Below are positions 25,238 to 25,473 of a stretch of DNA of 25,473 nt, piece by piece. Every line of letters begins with the position of its first letter. Position 1 is the stretch's first letter. The notes below the pieces were generated by a model, which saw only the letters and a list, made by a program, of their open reading frames with translations, did not search any database and had not been told where the DNA came from. The DNA is from a virus (lineage: Duplodnaviria; Caudoviricetes): positions 1 through 25,473 of the IMG/VR virus record IMGVR_UViG_3300033067_000146. The stretch is one strand, 5' to 3'. The translations under genes were made by a program, and so were the position numbers.

Positions 25238-25473
25238 TGCAATATCTCCCCCGTCTCTGGGTCCACCTGATAGTCCTCCCACCGCTTCACGCTGAACTCC
25301 ACACCAAGTTCAGTCACAGCAAAGGCTGTCACCCGGTCGATGTAGGTCGAATAGGCTTTCACCCCGAGGTCTTCCGTGCTGATCCGCACCCGGTTACGGC
25401 TCTTTTTGCCGGTCATGGGGTTGATCGTGGTGACGGTCTTGAAGCCCAAGTACTCTTTGCGAAAGTATTCTTT
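25234..25473 (-). CDS. ninB: NinB-like recombination accessory protein, C-terminal part (truncated by window edge)
   Basis: Frame is open to the edge: KEYFRKEYLG...STEDLGVKAYSTYIDRVTAFAVTELGVEF resembles the NinB C-terminus. Confidence 0.65.
   Translation of the reverse strand, partial: KEYFRKEYLGFKTVTTINPMTGKKSRNRVRISTEDLGVKAYSTYIDRVTAFAVTELGVEFSVKRWEDYQVDPETGEILQ

Larger units (their letters stand above)
1..25473 (-). mobile_element. Tailed phage/prophage segment (lambdoid-type early/Q region joined to a podovirus-type morphogenesis operon)
   Basis: Co-oriented, tightly packed - strand genes including terS/terL, portal, scaffold, capsid, adaptor, nozzle, Q-like, Rha and NinB-like; no host housekeeping genes. 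Whether it is integrated cannot be seen. Confidence 0.97.

Overview
The whole window is part of a tailed phage or prophage genome, and every credible gene lies on the - strand. Read 25473->1, it starts with a lambdoid-type nin/early region: NinB-like (truncated at the edge), three small unknown genes, a clear Acb2-type anti-CBASS cyclic-nucleotide sponge homologue, a DUF968/Ref-like Zn protein, a degenerate HNH-HTH protein and a Zn-finger Q-like antiterminator. Next come a candidate pR'-like promoter, three intrinsic terminators and a Rha gene. The late operon follows: two small genes, a frameshifted GIY-YIG/NUMOD3-like endonuclease, terS and terL. An unusual ~9 kb block of 15 tightly coupled, mostly virion-like genes then sits between terL and the portal (beta-propeller, LamG-like, Ig-like, a paralogous pair, repeat proteins, two small Cys proteins). 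The window ends with a podovirus-type head/tail module: portal, scaffold, N4-gp56-like major capsid, small head proteins, adaptor, nozzle and a short tail fibre. No integrase, lysis cassette, tRNA, CRISPR array or reverse transcriptase is visible. A betaproteobacterial host is a guess from composition and gene style. All family calls come from recalled motifs and synteny, not database searches. The main leads are the terL-portal appendage-like cassette with recurring short basic/aromatic terminal peptides, the Acb2 homologue and its neighbours, and a scaffold-like motif shared with the first small late gene.
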